A DNA stretch of 64,000 nt from Obrimoposthia wandeli (Eukaryota): assembly GCA_977020255.1 (NCBI GenBank), contig CDROCS010000004.1, forward strand, positions 62,001 to 126,000, written 5' to 3'. The notes beneath the pieces are model-generated. The model saw only the letters and a list, made by a program, of their open reading frames with translations, was not told the DNA's origin and did not search any database. Shown piece by piece: positions 50,301 through 61,762 of the stretch. Within the stretch, counting starts at the first letter, position 1. Each line of letters opens with the position of its first letter. The position numbers and the translations under genes are program-made.

Positions 50301-53300
50301 GATCATAACATTTTCATCTTAAAATAAAATTTTCTTATAACCCATTATTAGCTGTATAGAATTGTATGCAACAAATTCATGTTACAAAATTGTAGAAAAA
50401 ATTTATTAATAAAGTGTTTCTGGATAAAATAGCAGGTGTATTCAAGTTTATGGAAACAAAAAAAGTATTAATTCAGATATAATTGATGTTTTTAAAGTCG
50501 TTCAAATAATTCAAGTTTCTTACTACTATTAATTAAAAACATTAACGAATTATTGATTTAGTTCATCATGTTTTTTTCGTCTTACAAATGTGGGTGATTG
50601 TGTAATATTATTTTCGTAATTTATCAGAATGCGGATCAATATCGATGGGTCAAGGTCAGGAAATACATGCACGGAAGCTGCTTAGTGTGAGCATGCAAGA
50701 AGGTCGTTGGATTCTTCTTCAGAACTGCCACCTTGGCCTCAATTTCATGGACGAGTTGCTCGAAATTGTAAGTTGTTCAAAAGTAATGAATCATGTTTGT
50801 GGCAAAATTTTATTTTAAAAAAATGTTTAAATACACAGACAGAAATAATGCAAAATTGTATATGCGTAAAGTATAAAGAATTTAAGAACTTAAAGAAATA
50901 ATAACTTTATTCATTACTTAAATTTTAAAGTTACTTAATTAATTACTGCATGCTTATTTTTAACTTTTCGCACTGAAACGTGACACTGGTTATTATAATA
51001 TATTAAATGACAAATCCTAAATTGGGCAAGTTAATTATAATGATTTCTTTCAATTATTTTTGTTTGGAAATATAATCTTAATCGGTTTAATTAAATTAGC
51101 TTGAACTTGGAATACTTTAACTCATCTAACACTTTACGATTTTTAGTCTTATATTTGAATCAACTGTCCTTAGTCATTTTCGAGGAATAAATATATATTG
51201 GTTAAGACAAATATAAAAAGTCCTAGGTAAAATTGATTTTCAACAATTTATATTTATTTTCATTTTTGTAGTTCATGAATTTCTATTCCAGTAAAAATAT
51301 AAATTTCAAGTAACCGATAATCTAAAACAAACAAAAGCTAGTGAAAATAAAATACTAAACAAAATTATTTCCAGATGTGATATTTTATGGTTTCTGTGGG
51401 ATTATTTAAGTTATTTTATTTTTGTGAGATATTTTTCAATTTATGGTTTTTATGTTATATAAAGTGGAGTATGAATGATCTTGTCAATTTACGAAATATA
51501 TTTGTAATCCTCAGTTTTTTAAATTGACCAAAGTCGTCACAACTTTGAATATAAATATAAATGGTGGATATTGTTAATATGAAACTTCAAACGACTACTA
51601 TTTACTAAATTTATTTATTTTTATTTATTATTACTAAATAAAATGGATGTAAAGTCCCCAAACACTTTTTAGGCTTAATTTCCAATATTTTTATAAATAA
51701 AGATATTTGAATATTGTCCACTTTAGGTAAATGATTTTAACTTCTTTATGGATAATAAAATACATCGCCCAATAAAGTGAAATAATATTTTTTGTCAATA
51801 TATAGTTAACTATTATTATTTTTCAAAAAATTAGTTATATTAAATTTTGAAAATACATTTGAAATTGAATCAAGTTTCTTCTAGAATCAAGTGATCCGAT
51901 ACTTGATTGAATTTTTTTTCGCAGATCACCGCAACGGAGGTCTGTCATGAGTCATTTCGCTGCTATCTCACGACGGAGGCCCACCCTAAGTTCCCGATCA
52001 ACCTGCTGCAAACGAGTATCAAGTTCACATACGACCCACCGCTTGGTATTCGGGCCGGTCTGCGCCGCACCTATGCCATGCTGACCCAGGACCAGCTCGA
52101 CATCAGCAACTTGCCACAGTGGAAACCAATGCTCTACTGTGTGGCTTTCCTACACACCACTGTTCAGGAGCGCCGTAAATTTGGACCAATAGGTTGGAAC
52201 ATTCCTTACGAGTTCAACCAGTCAGACTTCACTGCTACTGTTCAGTTCATACAAAATCATCTCGACGACCTCGACCTCAAGCGGGTATGGCTGTTTGCAT
52301 TAGCATTTTTAGAAATGGATTATTGATAAATGTCAGTAGCATATTCCATTTAAATATCAACCTGTGCAGGGTGTATCGTGGGCTACTGTTCGTTACATGA
52401 TCGGTGAAGTACAATACGGTGGCAGAGTCACTGATGACTACGATAAGCGACTTCTCCTGACGTACGCTCGCAAATGGTTCTCAGAACAGATGTTTGTAGA
52501 CTCCTTCAAATTCTCCAAGGGATACCCGATTCCCAAAGGCAAAGCGCTTGACGAATATCGAGGCTTCATCGAGAAATTGCCGCTGATCGACTCTCCCGAA
52601 TGCTTTGGACTTCATGCCAATGCCGATATCACGTTAGTTCGAAATTGTTTCTGCTTAATGCAGCAATAATCGCAATTGAAGAGACATGAATATCTCATCA
52701 CCGCCATCTCACCCCAGCCCAACTCATCTCTGGCCTTCTCACTCCCAGCCCAACTCATCGCCCGCGATGAAAATGTTATTATGTTTATGATTTCATATTT
52801 GAAAAGAAAACAACCTTTTTTCATTTTAACGAAAAGAAACTGTAATGGAATTTTATTACTTTTTAAGAACAGTTCTTTTTTAAGTATTCTTGCTTTGCAT
52901 CTGCCGAGCTGTTCACATTTCCAAAACAACAAATTGCTGTCGGTTTTACTGAATTTATCAAAAATGAACAAATATCCATTATGTAAAAACTTATCTTTGC
53001 CTCTCTAACTTAAGACTGGCTCCATTGTAATGGGTTTACTGGAAGAATTTAAAATAAATAAAGAATTTAAAATAAATAAAGAATTTAAAATAAATACAAA
53101 AGTTGTTTGTAATTGTTGAATAATGTTTGCTTACAAGTAGTTAAGTTGGTAATTGATATTGTGACTATTCTTTTCATTGAACTGTTCTTTAAAAGTAATA
53201 AAATTCCATTACAGTATATTTTCGTTAAAATGAAAAAATAACGAAAAAAAGGTTGTTTTCCTTTCAAATATGAAATCATAAACATATAAACAAAATAACA

Positions 53301-56300
53301 TTTTCCTCGCCAGCTATGAGTTGGACTGGCGATGAGATGGCGGCGATGAGTTGTCCCATTCCCTGTGACTGGGACTTAATTATGTCCAATGGGAGAAACC
53401 TCGGTTGTGTTATGGGGTTGCTCAAACAGGAAGAACAATTATATGCAAATTAAGACTTTCAAGTTTGTTTTGTCTAAAATGTGCATAAAGCTGAAAGTAA
53501 AAGTAATCTAAATAACAAGCATTCTTCCTTTTAAAAAATTGTAGACGAATTTGATACAAAATTGCAGATATTTAAGTGTGAACTCCCATTAAAATTATAT
53601 TTTAAAAATGATAAAATAGCTAATGGGATTTAAAATTGTTTACATAATGTTCTAGAAACATGTATCTGATACGTATATCAAGAAACCTTGGATAAATATT
53701 ACTTTTCAGGTTATTTTTAATGTAAATAACCACGCATACAAAAATAAATTTATTTTGTATTTATTAAACAAACTTGGATGTATTTTTAGACAAATGTTTA
53801 AAATATTTTTTCATTAATTTTTTTTATTTTCTTTAAGTATTACATCTGATATTCAAGTGGCTCAATCAAAATGTCGGATTTCAATCAGTCATCACTTTAT
53901 TAATACTCTAATACTTTACTAATACTATATTTACATTAAACTTTCACACAACATTCATATATATTAACAATTTATGTACTGGGAATGACAGTTCAAATCC
54001 CTAAATATGGACCTATACTTGGCCATCACCCAATGCCATCACTTTATCGTATCTTTCACGATATTCCATCATAATTTTCTGCTGCATGGAAACCGTTATA
54101 TCAGCAAAGGTGTTTATTTTGGAAATGTTCCTGGACCGTGTCTCGTACACCTTAGATTTGATAAATTACCACTGTATGCATGTCATTATCGGTAGAGAAA
54201 TTGCGAATATATATTTATATCAATGTTGTGTGGATGTTTCATATAAATATGTAGTCCGTTCTTAATTTTATCATCATGGGAAGTGTTGTGAAGCTTTTAT
54301 ATATATATATATCCAAAACCAAAACACTGAGACTAAGTTTATATTGATTAATTTAAATTTTTATACTTTCAAAGTTCATTAACTACATCAATCAACGCTA
54401 CTAAGTAGCAACAAGCAGTAATAAAATAATTAACAACCTTATTGTTTTAAAATTAATCACATGACTGATCATGATATTATTATCGCTACACGTCATCATC
54501 CTCACCATCACTTATCATCACCATTATCATCATTTCAATTACCACATATTTTGGTCTCATTAAAAAAATCAATACAACCAATGCTTACTTTCTTAATTCA
54601 GCATTGGCCAAGTTAGGTGCGGATAAGCATTTAATTTACCAAAACAATAAAACCAATGCTTACTTTTATTATTCAGCATTGTCCAAGTTTATTAACCTTT
54701 AACAATTAAACAACTCAATTCATCCTACGAATAAACCGTTGATATACAACTATTGATTTTTTCCTATCATCTAATTTTATTAGCCATGAATATTGACGAA
54801 TGGGTTTTATTATTATCCCGTATTTAAAAGTGTGTTTATCCCCAAACTTAATCATCACTCTCTCACCCTGTTTGAAAATTTGCTGGACACTACGCTTTTT
54901 GTAATACAATAGGGGTGCAGATATTTCATAAATATTTTTTTAAATCTATTTTGCTGACCACGTAATATGTTAAGTTTGGTTCACGGAACTATAGATAGAA
55001 CTATTTCTACAGTTTTCAGTGGTTTGGTATGTAAGGAAATACAGGTACCTACATACAACAAAAGCATATACCCAGAGTTTGAGAAACAAAATATTGATTA
55101 ATGACTGTTATCTTATTGTTCGTAATGACTCTTTTTTAAATTATCTAAACCTAAAAGTTGGGTGCGTTCTATTTGTGGGTCATAAATTATTCTTTGATAT
55201 ATTTTCTAAAGTATGTTGTGCGTACTATGCACAAGCGTCTTATCTGTTGGTAAATATGGTAACTTAAAATTATTACTATCTCCAAATCATTTAAAAATTA
55301 TATAAACAACTATAATCTCGTAAAAGAGTTTCAATGGTTTCTTAACCTTTTCCTTAAAATATATATTAAAATATATAGGACGGTTTATGAATATCAATCG
55401 TTAAAATTTCAATTAATTATTCATCAAAATTTCCTCAGATAAGCATTTTCTTAATGAAGGTTCATGAATACGGCCCTAAACTAGAGAATTTTAAACTACT
55501 TAATTGCTTCTCTGCTTTACTATCTTGAAATGGTTGGATAGACACTATTCCAAACAAATAGCCATGCTGTTCACAAGGGAATTCAGGTAACCGACATCGA
55601 GATTTCAGTGATCAATCGAGTCTGTAACTGTGACCTCCGTCTTCCGTGCCCAGATACGAGACCAACAACGCCAACCAGATGCTGACCACAGTGCTCAATA
55701 TCCAACCCAAGGACAGTGGAGGGGGAGGCGGAGAAACCCGGGAGTCGGTAGTCTATCGACAGGCAGAAGACATGCTCCAGAGACTGCCCGAGAACTATAA
55801 TCCCTTCCAGGTTCGCTGCTTCTCAGCTAATCAACATATTTTAATCCTTCTCTAACCTTTACATTTATTTTTGGGTAATTTTAAATCGCTTGCACTGTTG
55901 TTTTCAAATGTATCGATGCATTGGTGCTAAAGTTACATTATTTGCTGATGTACAGGTGAAGGAGCGCCTGAACAAAATGGACCCACTCAAGTCGCTCAAC
56001 ATTTTCCTGAAGCAAGAGGTCGACCGCATGCAGAAGATCATAACTGTGGTGCGGTCCACCCTGGTGGATCTGCGATTGGCCATAGACGGTACCATCATTA
56101 TGTCTGAGAATCTCAAGGATGCTCTTGACAACATCTTCGATGCTCGAATCCCACAATTCTGGAAAAAGGTAAAATACTTCTTATTTGCAAATCTCTATAC
56201 TGGGTCCAAATTACTACAAAACTAAAACCATTTTTGGAGGACTTTTTAAAAATATAAGGAGCTATAAAACTATTTAATTATTCTAAATATGTTTCTTTAT

Positions 56301-59300
56301 TCGATTTGATGTAAACTTGAGATTGTACAGTTGTAGGCCATTGTATATAGGCTGCAAAAGAATTTTCCAACATTATACTTTTCAATAAAATCAAAATAGG
56401 CTTTGTATAGAATTAATCAGTATCATTAAACATACAAAAAGATTGCCTACAACTGCTAAAAATATTTTAACATTAATGCAGAATTTCACTATTTTGGGAT
56501 GGCACATAATGCTAATGTCCGCATACTTGACGGTTAACAGCAAAGTGGGTGTTTTTAGCCATTTCTTTAATAATTTAACTTTTCTGAAGTAGATAAATGA
56601 AATTATTGATATTTCATGACGTCGTCAATTTATATTTTTGTAAATACACAAACAAATTTTTTAATAATTTTTTAATAGTGGTTAAAAGTTGTGCGTAAAA
56701 ACTAATTAAATGAAAAATACGGGTATTTTTCCCATATTTAAATTTTGTTAAATTAGCATAATTGCATAATTGTTTAACCAAACTGATTAACCAAAAATGT
56801 CCGATGACGAAAAAATAATCTGATATAATAAATTTAATGTTGGACTCTGATGGCGAAAATTCTTTTGGAGATATTCAAGAAGATGTAGATGATAAACTGA
56901 CTGACGATGAATATATTATAGAGATTTCGAGTGATGATGATTTGTCTAGTGATGAAAACGATGAATGTGACCTATTGTATATATCCCCATCAGGTTTAGT
57001 TTGGAGTTATGTTCCTGTAAGATCTAGATCAACAAGAAATATTTTCAGAGGTGATCCATTTAAAATAAAGAGGCATCACTCCATATTGCGAAAAACGGCA
57101 TTTTTGATGTTTTGTGACTATATTATTGAGGAAGCGGTTAGATACACTAATCTATACGAAAAGAGAAAAATAATTAAATATATTCGCGATAATAAAACAA
57201 AGAAGAGATGGAAGTTAACAGATCAATGCGAAGTGGAAGCTTTCATTTGCTGATGTTTTGATTGGCTCATTTTTTAAGTAATAGTTAATGGTTATTTTTT
57301 TTTTATTGACTATGTACTTATTAATAATTTTTAATGTAAATAAACTTTCACATTTTGTCTTGAAAGTTTTATTGTTGTATCCAGAAAACATTATAAACAA
57401 ACAATGTATATCATAAAATTATCGATAAACTCATTAAGTTATTATACTTTGTATTTTGGATCTGTCAGTTATGACTATAGTCAAATATTAGATTATATTG
57501 AATAGCCTTCCGTTTGTCTTTCCAGGTATCTTGGGAAAGTGCCACCTTGGGCTTCTGGTTCACAGATTTGTTGGAAAGAAACGACCAATTCCGAACCTGG
57601 CTCTTTGAGGGCCGACCGAACTGTTTCTGGATGACAGGATTTTTCAATCCACAGGTAGACAATGAATTCAGTATCGTTACATTTGATTGCACCGGTTTTC
57701 AAGATGAACACCCTGTCATGTTAGATATTACTTCGCAAGATAATATTATAATAGAAAAACTATATCAGGATTATCAGTTCAAAATCACAAACCCATTCGT
57801 CCCACTACATCCTAACCTTGAATTTTTATTATTATTATATAAAGTTTGTTATTAGAAGTCTTAGATTTTTTATTTTTTAGGTAAGTTTTTTGTAACTTTA
57901 TGTCTTTGTTACATTTTACATTCATTGGAAATATTTACGTATTCATAGTTGGGAAACTAAAGTCAGGTCCCTTTGGAAATGCACAATTTGACATAATTAA
58001 CTTGATTAACCATATAGCATTTAATTGCTATTTACACGATTTATTTGTGATTTATGTTCATTCAAATTGAATATAAAAACGATCATTGAAAAAAAAGTAG
58101 TTAGAAAAAATGTAGCTCTTCAAAATTTGGAATAAAATTAATCAAACAATACTTAGAAAAATTTTATTGAACGAACACTGACCTCCTGATGGTAAATATG
58201 CACTAGCTTTGACAATGTATTATCTGTTGTAGGGATTCCTGACTGCAATGCGTCAAGAAATAACTCGCAATCATGCTGGATGGGCTTTGGATGCTGTGGT
58301 TTTGAGCAATGAAGTCACCAAGAGCATGCGCGAGGAGATTACCAGTGGACCCCACGAAGGTTTGTGAACCCTTGTAACCCTTCAGAAGTGTCAATTAAAT
58401 TCATTTATCCTTCTAATTTATTCTCCTAATGCGAAAATGTGCACCAAAATTAAAAAGATATAAAATAAGATAAACAGTCTCCTATTGGTCTAGAAATTGA
58501 GTTCTATGAATGAAATGTGAAGAATGGGAGTTTTCATTTATTATTTAAAAGTTTTTCGGTGATATTTTTACACAGCCACTAAGTAAATTTAGAGGAAGTT
58601 ATCAATGATGCATATTATAAATCTTATTTTATGTTGAGTGCTAAAGGATTAATTGACATATTGAAAAAGTTTGGGCAATTTAAAATTTCCTTATTGTGAC
58701 AACCAGAAGTTTTGGTTTACATCATTTATTTAGAATATCCCTAACTTTTGCCTGGTATTTATTCCTTCTAACATGTGATAACCCCTCTTTAATCATACTG
58801 TTTTTCTAGAACTAAAAGGAGTGATATCTTATGAATGAAGCTGCTTTTTAAAACGGCTCAAAAATCATATTAATCCTTTAAAATCTTAACGGGTGAATTT
58901 GTACCAATCAAATTTGAATCATAAATTGATATGCATAATTGATATGCTTTTAAAATAGCACACTTTTATTCAGCAAACATTCGTCTATATGAATTAGAAG
59001 TCCACGCCAACTAATTAAGCGGCATAATATGGAAAGCTTTCCTCTAATATAAATAAGTTTCTAGGGATTATTTTGCTTCCTGGTAATAAAAATAATTTTA
59101 ATGCAGCATCACGTCACAAAAAGGGAAACGTAAGGTTATGTCTAATAGGGCATTTTAAAAAATTTCATGGTCACATTTCATAAAGAATGTTTATTAGTTT
59201 ATCAAAACTAAGTTTGAAAGTTGTTCTACTTCATCATGGAAATATATTGTCTTCCTTTTGCGCTGACCATGCAATACATGTATAAACTTAACTTACGGTG

Positions 59301-60687
59301 TAAATAATCCAATTTCGAAAATGACTGCTAAATTGATCCAGAATTTTAAGTGATATTGCATAATACTATAGACACTGTTCGCTAAATTTTTGAACTTGCT
59401 GCTTTTTCTGAGCAGTTATTGTACTTAATCATGTTTTCAGGAATCTTTTGAATACTAAATATATTTACTCAAATAAAACAGGATTATAATGTATAAGACT
59501 AATAGTAAAATGTTATTTAAACATTTGTATATTAGAACAGAATTTTAAAAATTTAAATAATTTTTTTTTAAAAACTTGTTTATATGGTTTAATACATAAA
59601 TTTTCAAGACTAAGTTATTTTTAAAAGATTACTTTCGTCGTGTATCTGCTTAAAACAGTTAATTATTTTTCATAGAAATAAAAGCTTTTTAGATAGTGTA
59701 TCTTTTTAGCAAGGTCAGAGTTGGAATTGACAAGAAATATTTTGGCTGGTAACAGATGATTTTAAAGTAAAATATGTTTATTTCTTGTTTTTTAAAAGAA
59801 TAATATGCTACTTGTATTTAATAGTAAGATATGTATGTATACTTAAGTAAGATATTTTTTCTCTTTTCAATATTTTACATATATTACAAAACGTCTGCTT
59901 CTGAAAGTATGTTTCTTGCTAAAAAATAATCGAAAATAATTTTAATCAATTTTTTAATTGACTGTTTGGGACCGGTTTTAACTCTGATCAAGGTAAGTAT
60001 TCGAATTTAATTACTCTGATGTCGATGAAAATTGGTGAGAATGATTAAAACAAAGAGACAAAGTACATAATTTTTCATATAAGGTCACAGGAAGTCAAGA
60101 TACTATCAAAAGGTTCGTTATAATTTATAATGTTACTTCCTTTTTCGAATACTCAGTGATTCAATACAAAAAATCAACGTTTACTAACAACGTGCTAAAT
60201 TTGATTTTTCAGTTTTTGGGAGAGCTAAAAACTAAGTACCTACAATTTCGTTCTGAGACTTTTGTACGTGCAGGAGTGTACGTGTACGGTCTGCAACTTG
60301 ATGGTGCGGGCTGGGACCGGAAACAAGCTCGTCTTCTGGAGCCGCAGCCAAAGGTGCTATACACTCTTCTACCGGTGGTGCACGTATACGCCGTCAGCCA
60401 AAACGACGCCACCAAGCCGGGCAAGCAGGCGCAGAATCCAGCAATGGTAGGCATCGACTATACAGAAGCATTTTAATTTCTATTAATTTTCTTCGATATA
60501 TTTTGTAAGTTTAAAATGTTTAACCAGTCCTTTATTTGGCTTTCTCCTGCAGATGTACAGTTGCCCAGTGTACAAAAAGCCGCGCAGAACAGACCTCAAC
60601 TACATATTCCCACTGAATCTGCGCACTAACGTGGACCCGGATCACTGGATCATGCGTGGAGTGGGGCTTCTGTGTGATATCAAGTAG
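11308..60687 (+). CDS. DNAH5: Axonemal outer-arm dynein heavy chain (DNAH5/DNAH8 family), 3' portion from AAA2 to the C-terminus
   Basis: Exons 11308-11619, 11695-12156, 12251-12612, 12690-12923, 13078-13401, 14160-14376, 16105-16498, 33598-33859, 34109-34354, 36717-36968, 38902-39303, 39598-39765, 40709-40846, 42334-42591, 44928-45122, 45173-45511, 45643-46192, 48867-49122, 49204-49388, 50628-50767, 51925-52284, 52370-52632, 55654-55810, 55956-56168, 57526-57654, 58233-58359, 60274-60446, 60553-60687; all phases are compatible. Motifs: [50 protein letters not shown], terminal LLCDIK*. DNAH5 versus DNAH8 cannot be resolved; 5' exons lie upstream of the window. Confidence 0.95.
18433..18885 (-). 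CDS. Uncharacterised element-2 protein A (paralog of B; likely start 18837)
   Basis: ORF track; C-terminal W.I.IRL.GY...P.W.L..A motif shared with ORF B. Confidence 0.7.
   Translation of the reverse strand: MYFFINIVFNQFPYFRMDMRCVANFYYPERISKGKLCNILKRHQIIRIMNPVKISKVEKKYLIEILTTTDFDQLKNILGFYISDYVYEGNCFELETDPSLDFKDDLGYLIAPILDEELWNISIRLNGYFANDGKMQPLWTLSEANMLFYV
18972..19448 (-). CDS. Uncharacterised element-2 protein B (acidic N-terminus; paralog of A)
   Basis: 158-aa ORF preceded by a canonical TATAAAAG; shares NPV.I, DD.G and the C-terminal motif with A. Confidence 0.75.
   Translation of the reverse strand: MHSYQRQLSTMDDSQRVLSDDEEMFEESDKDMYEEVKQYFKYKVRFLKKAKLIALVNPVTIERRKFSYYLSGIQKPDFQYLKQKIEKAVPNFTFNKNEFYIRGADEAFLDDYGRYVDIDAFPKKKQWTLTIRLYGYKKDEMGTKLPMWKIERAHISMF
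19449..19696. promoter_or_regulatory. Bidirectional TATA/CCAAT/Inr promoter between ORF B and the TBP-like gene (mirror at 27531-27779)
   Basis: TATAAAAG on the minus strand at about 19479-19486; TATATAAAG on the plus strand at 19659-19667 with TCAGT at 19689-19693; several CCAAT/ATTGG boxes between them. Confidence 0.6.
19697..20196 (+). CDS. TBP-like protein (element 2, left arm), join(19697-19826,19865-20196)
   Basis: Removing a 38-bp GTTAGT...CTTTAG intron gives 153 aa [10 protein letters not shown]...[17 protein letters not shown]...FEPEIFPAL...[13 protein letters not shown], collinear with the intronless element-1 protein. Confidence 0.85.
20225..20497 (+). CDS. 90-aa protein with C-terminal hydrophobic (tail-anchor-like) segment
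   Basis: ORF track; ends [24 protein letters not shown]; mirrored at 26730-27002. Confidence 0.55.
   Translation: MNNTINRDNEVDRLADEIFSGKIRVKEILSELKNNDITRDNIEILVRSHVIREFRNRTQINKIIAKYSLINFCISSTIALTLYISIRKLL
20535..21008 (+). pseudogene. Packaging ATPase 5' fragment, truncated at a recombination junction
   Basis: GPSGSGKT and IIIDD present; homology to the element-1 ATPase stops at ARQAF, where pPolB sequence begins. Confidence 0.9.
21004..21468 (+). pseudogene. pPolB C-terminal fragment (after motif C)
   Basis: [16 protein letters not shown] matches element-1 VECKNVNLRKQLLPK after GDTDS; also [32 protein letters not shown]...SLAYGH. Frameshift near 21210. Confidence 0.88.
21732..22112 (-). 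pseudogene. Adenain-like protease (element 2), spliced join(22112-22108,22065-21732), two in-frame stops
   Basis: Manual translation MD|[21 protein letters not shown]...[27 protein letters not shown]...[22 protein letters not shown]. Intron 22066-22107 (42 bp, GTAAGA...TTTAG). Confidence 0.85.
22114..23344 (-). pseudogene. Major capsid protein (element 2), +1 frameshift near 22362
   Basis: ORFs 22343-23344 and 22114-22431 join into a homolog of 7668-8888. Confidence 0.9.
23341..23718 (-). CDS. Conserved small Polinton virion protein (QQGG, QYGSG motifs)
   Basis: Intact 125 aa, homologous to 7272-7675. Confidence 0.8.
   Translation of the reverse strand: MANPAIIEAYSQSQQGGKLPYFVGKQYGSGWLRTLGRFAFPLLKRLGRFISKLGKDYLSSKDNKLIPTFKKHALDELDNVLPEVANLIRKRKSNKSQGGSGFKSKKKLKININKRKNVEGTIFAK
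23696..23955 (-). pseudogene. Minor capsid 3' remnant
   Basis: [18 protein letters not shown]...[10 protein letters not shown]...LTIHLRK is homologous to the element-1 penton C-terminus. Confidence 0.85.
23956..24737 (-). pseudogene. Integrase (element 2), nonsense mutation, frameshift and 3' deletion
   Basis: MEKIWFNP...WQMDS...QTDLGK*FY...VERFNRTL. Homology ends at [11 protein letters not shown], where penton sequence begins. Confidence 0.92.
24824..25153 (-). CDS. Basic core protein precursor (pVII-like, element 2)
   Basis: QNGG^F motif and hydrophobic tail; homolog of 4615-5028. Confidence 0.75.
   Translation of the reverse strand: MKKIQRSIPYFKTLVKASSNKRMIILKAFPSFVVDDLLEVLYNIVLGRVKVGNRKNILKKYRKTLLDIANVKSKKRKRNIILKQNGGFIGAVIPVVASIISSIIAATRS
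25200..25325 (-). CDS. 41-aa extremely basic peptide
   Basis: Manual translation [41 protein letters not shown] (18 K + 2 R); below the ORF-track cutoff. Confidence 0.5.
   Translation of the reverse strand: MPFTKLIVKRKVKSKKSKKRIIKKKEVKKLIKSVVKNKKKL
25333..25595 (-). pseudogene. Packaging ATPase 3' fragment
   Basis: [17 protein letters not shown]...[17 protein letters not shown]; overlaps the 5' fragment by about 88 bp, which is duplicated. Confidence 0.9.
25759..26223 (-). pseudogene. pPolB C-terminal fragment (right-arm copy)
   Basis: Translations identical to those of 21004-21468. Confidence 0.88.
26219..26693 (-). pseudogene. ATPase 5' fragment (right-arm copy, extra A frameshift near 26460)
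   Basis: Mirror of 20535-21008 with a 7-A versus 6-A run. Confidence 0.88.
26730..27002 (-). CDS. 90-aa tail-anchor-like protein (right-arm copy)
   Basis: Mirror of 20225-20497 (L/F difference). Confidence 0.55.
   Translation of the reverse strand: MNNTINRDNEVDRLADEIFSGKIRVKEILSELKNNDITRDNIEIFVRSHVIREFRNRTQINKIIAKYSLINFCISSTIALTLYISIRKLL
27031..27530 (-). CDS. TBP-like protein (right-arm copy), join(27530-27401,27362-27031)
   Basis: Same 38-bp intron (27363-27400); one M/I difference from the left copy. Confidence 0.85.
27780..28256 (+). CDS. Protein B (right-arm copy)
   Basis: Mirror of 18972-19448 (K/Q difference). Confidence 0.75.
   Translation: MHSYQRQLSTMDDSQRVLSDDEEMFEESDKDMYEEVKQYFKYKVRFLKKAQLIALVNPVTIERRKFSYYLSGIQKPDFQYLKQKIEKAVPNFTFNKNEFYIRGADEAFLDDYGRYVDIDAFPKKKQWTLTIRLYGYKKDEMGTKLPMWKIERAHISMF
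28343..28795 (+). CDS. Protein A (right-arm copy; likely start 28391)
   Basis: Mirror of 18433-18885 (5 amino-acid differences). Confidence 0.7.
   Translation: MYFFINIVFNQFPYFRMDMRCVANFYYPKRISKRKLCNILMRHQIIRIMNPVKISKVEKKYLIEILTTTDFDQLKNILGFYIPDYVYEGNCFELETDPSLDFKDDLGYLIAPILDEELWNISIRLNGYFADDGKMQPLWTLSEANMLFYV
30560..31060 (+). mobile_element. Decayed hAT transposase C-terminal (dimerisation) remnant
   Basis: [23 protein letters not shown] resembles the hAT P.TTYLCE.GFS....IK.K.R.RL motif. Confidence 0.55.
31850..33120 (+). mobile_element. Decayed piggyBac-like transposase
   Basis: Fragments LKATLRFHD (about 32310), [12 protein letters not shown] (about 32365) and [11 protein letters not shown], in broken frames; boundaries approximate. 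Confidence 0.6.
43900..44520 (+). mobile_element. Decayed hAT transposase remnant
   Basis: [14 protein letters not shown] (44171) followed by [15 protein letters not shown], matching the hAT TDGA.../C.AH.LQL motifs. Confidence 0.55.
46497..47400 (-). mobile_element. Decayed pogo/Tigger-like element
   Basis: TA-CCGTATTTTCGG terminus at about 46497; minus-strand GMTSK*LDQSVN resembles the DDE_1 GG.TS.LQPLDVSVN motif. Confidence 0.45.
52690..53358. mobile_element. Fold-back MITE-like element with about 200-bp imperfect TIRs
   Basis: 52690-52880 is an imperfect reverse complement of about 53175-53358. Internal tandem TTAAAATAAATAAAGAAT. No TSD resolved. Confidence 0.7.
53990..54200 (-). mobile_element. 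Possible Tc1/mariner-like transposase C-terminal remnant
   Basis: [15 protein letters not shown] resembles WG.LK.KVY...P.NI. Confidence 0.35.
54715..54909 (-). mobile_element. Possible Gypsy-type integrase C-terminal (SH3-like) remnant
   Basis: FKQGERVMI...GIII...[10 protein letters not shown]...QRFIR. Confidence 0.45.
56837..57253 (+). mobile_element. piggyBac-like transposase 5' fragment
   Basis: Acidic N-terminus, then [17 protein letters not shown]...W..T...EVEAFI (DDE_Tnp_1_7 N-terminal region). Confidence 0.7.
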
Positions 60688-60769
60688 AAAACTCTCACTT
60701 CCATTCTGGCATACATACACTCTGACTGTGATTTATAGATTATTAATATATATTGATTGCTGTTAAACA

Positions 60770-60792
60770 AATAAAAATATGTTTAAAATAAA
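60770..60792 (+). terminator. Candidate poly(A) signals of the dynein gene
   Basis: AATAAA at 60770 and 60787, 83-100 nt after the stop codon. Confidence 0.4.
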
Positions 60793-61762
60793 CTACTTGT
60801 AGTTAAAAATAGTAGGTCATATGATACTTTCAATAAAGTGATTTCAAATTATGATCAAATTTAATCAAGAGTGTGAATCCGTACAATTTTGAATTCAGGG
60901 TAGAATTCGAGTTCAAAAATATTTATTGTAAAAGAAAACAACTCCTTATTTAGCGAGCAAGCAATTTTATTGTATACTCGGTAAGTTGAGCTCTTGCGTG
61001 GAAACATTATTTTTAACACCGGAAATGCTCTTTCAATACTAACTTGGGTCGCTTAAATTGCTAAAGCAACTAAAGATAATTAATGAAGTAACATAAATTA
61101 TAAATTAAGCTTCTCACGAACCTCAAGAAAGTCTGAACAAAACCCAAACATGATCATTTGTAGTCATTTGGGAATCTAGCAGATCAGAACAAAACCTATT
61201 ATAATCTACCAATCGCTGAATCGTATTATAAGTCAATTTCCACCTGGTTGTGTATTCTAGTATAGTTTCTCATTGAACTTATTAGCTAGACTTCTTATTT
61301 TTGAAGTTTTTGATGGATCGATATTTGTTTGAGTATATGAAGATGAGGAAATGGTATCTTGAACTGCTCATGTGAGCCATATTTAGATTAAATGCGGTTA
61401 ATAAATCAGTTTCTTCTTCAATGATGATATCGGCTGCTCATTTTTATCATATAACTCTTCTAAAGTAAATGAATAAACGTCTTATATTCTTTAGTCAAAA
61501 TCTTAGCTTATTTATGCTTATTTTTGTCACTGAATAAATTTGATGGAGTTTTACATTAAAAAGATTGGATGAACTTGATGTTTGTTTCACTTCTTGTTGA
61601 ATCTAGATTTCAACAAATTGGAATAGATAAATATTAAATTATACCTTTCTTTCGCAAAAATTAGACGGAAGGAACGTGGATTTTTATCCCATTCAAAGCA
61701 CTTAAATTAATTTCCACTTAAAGTTCGGACATTGTTGCTTTAGGTCGAAGTCAACATTTGTT

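Noticed and set aside
11243-60720. Many antisense or alternative-frame ORFs overlapping dynein exons, and short AT-rich intronic ORFs
   Set aside because: Shadows of GC-richer coding exons or chance ORFs with no recognisable motifs.
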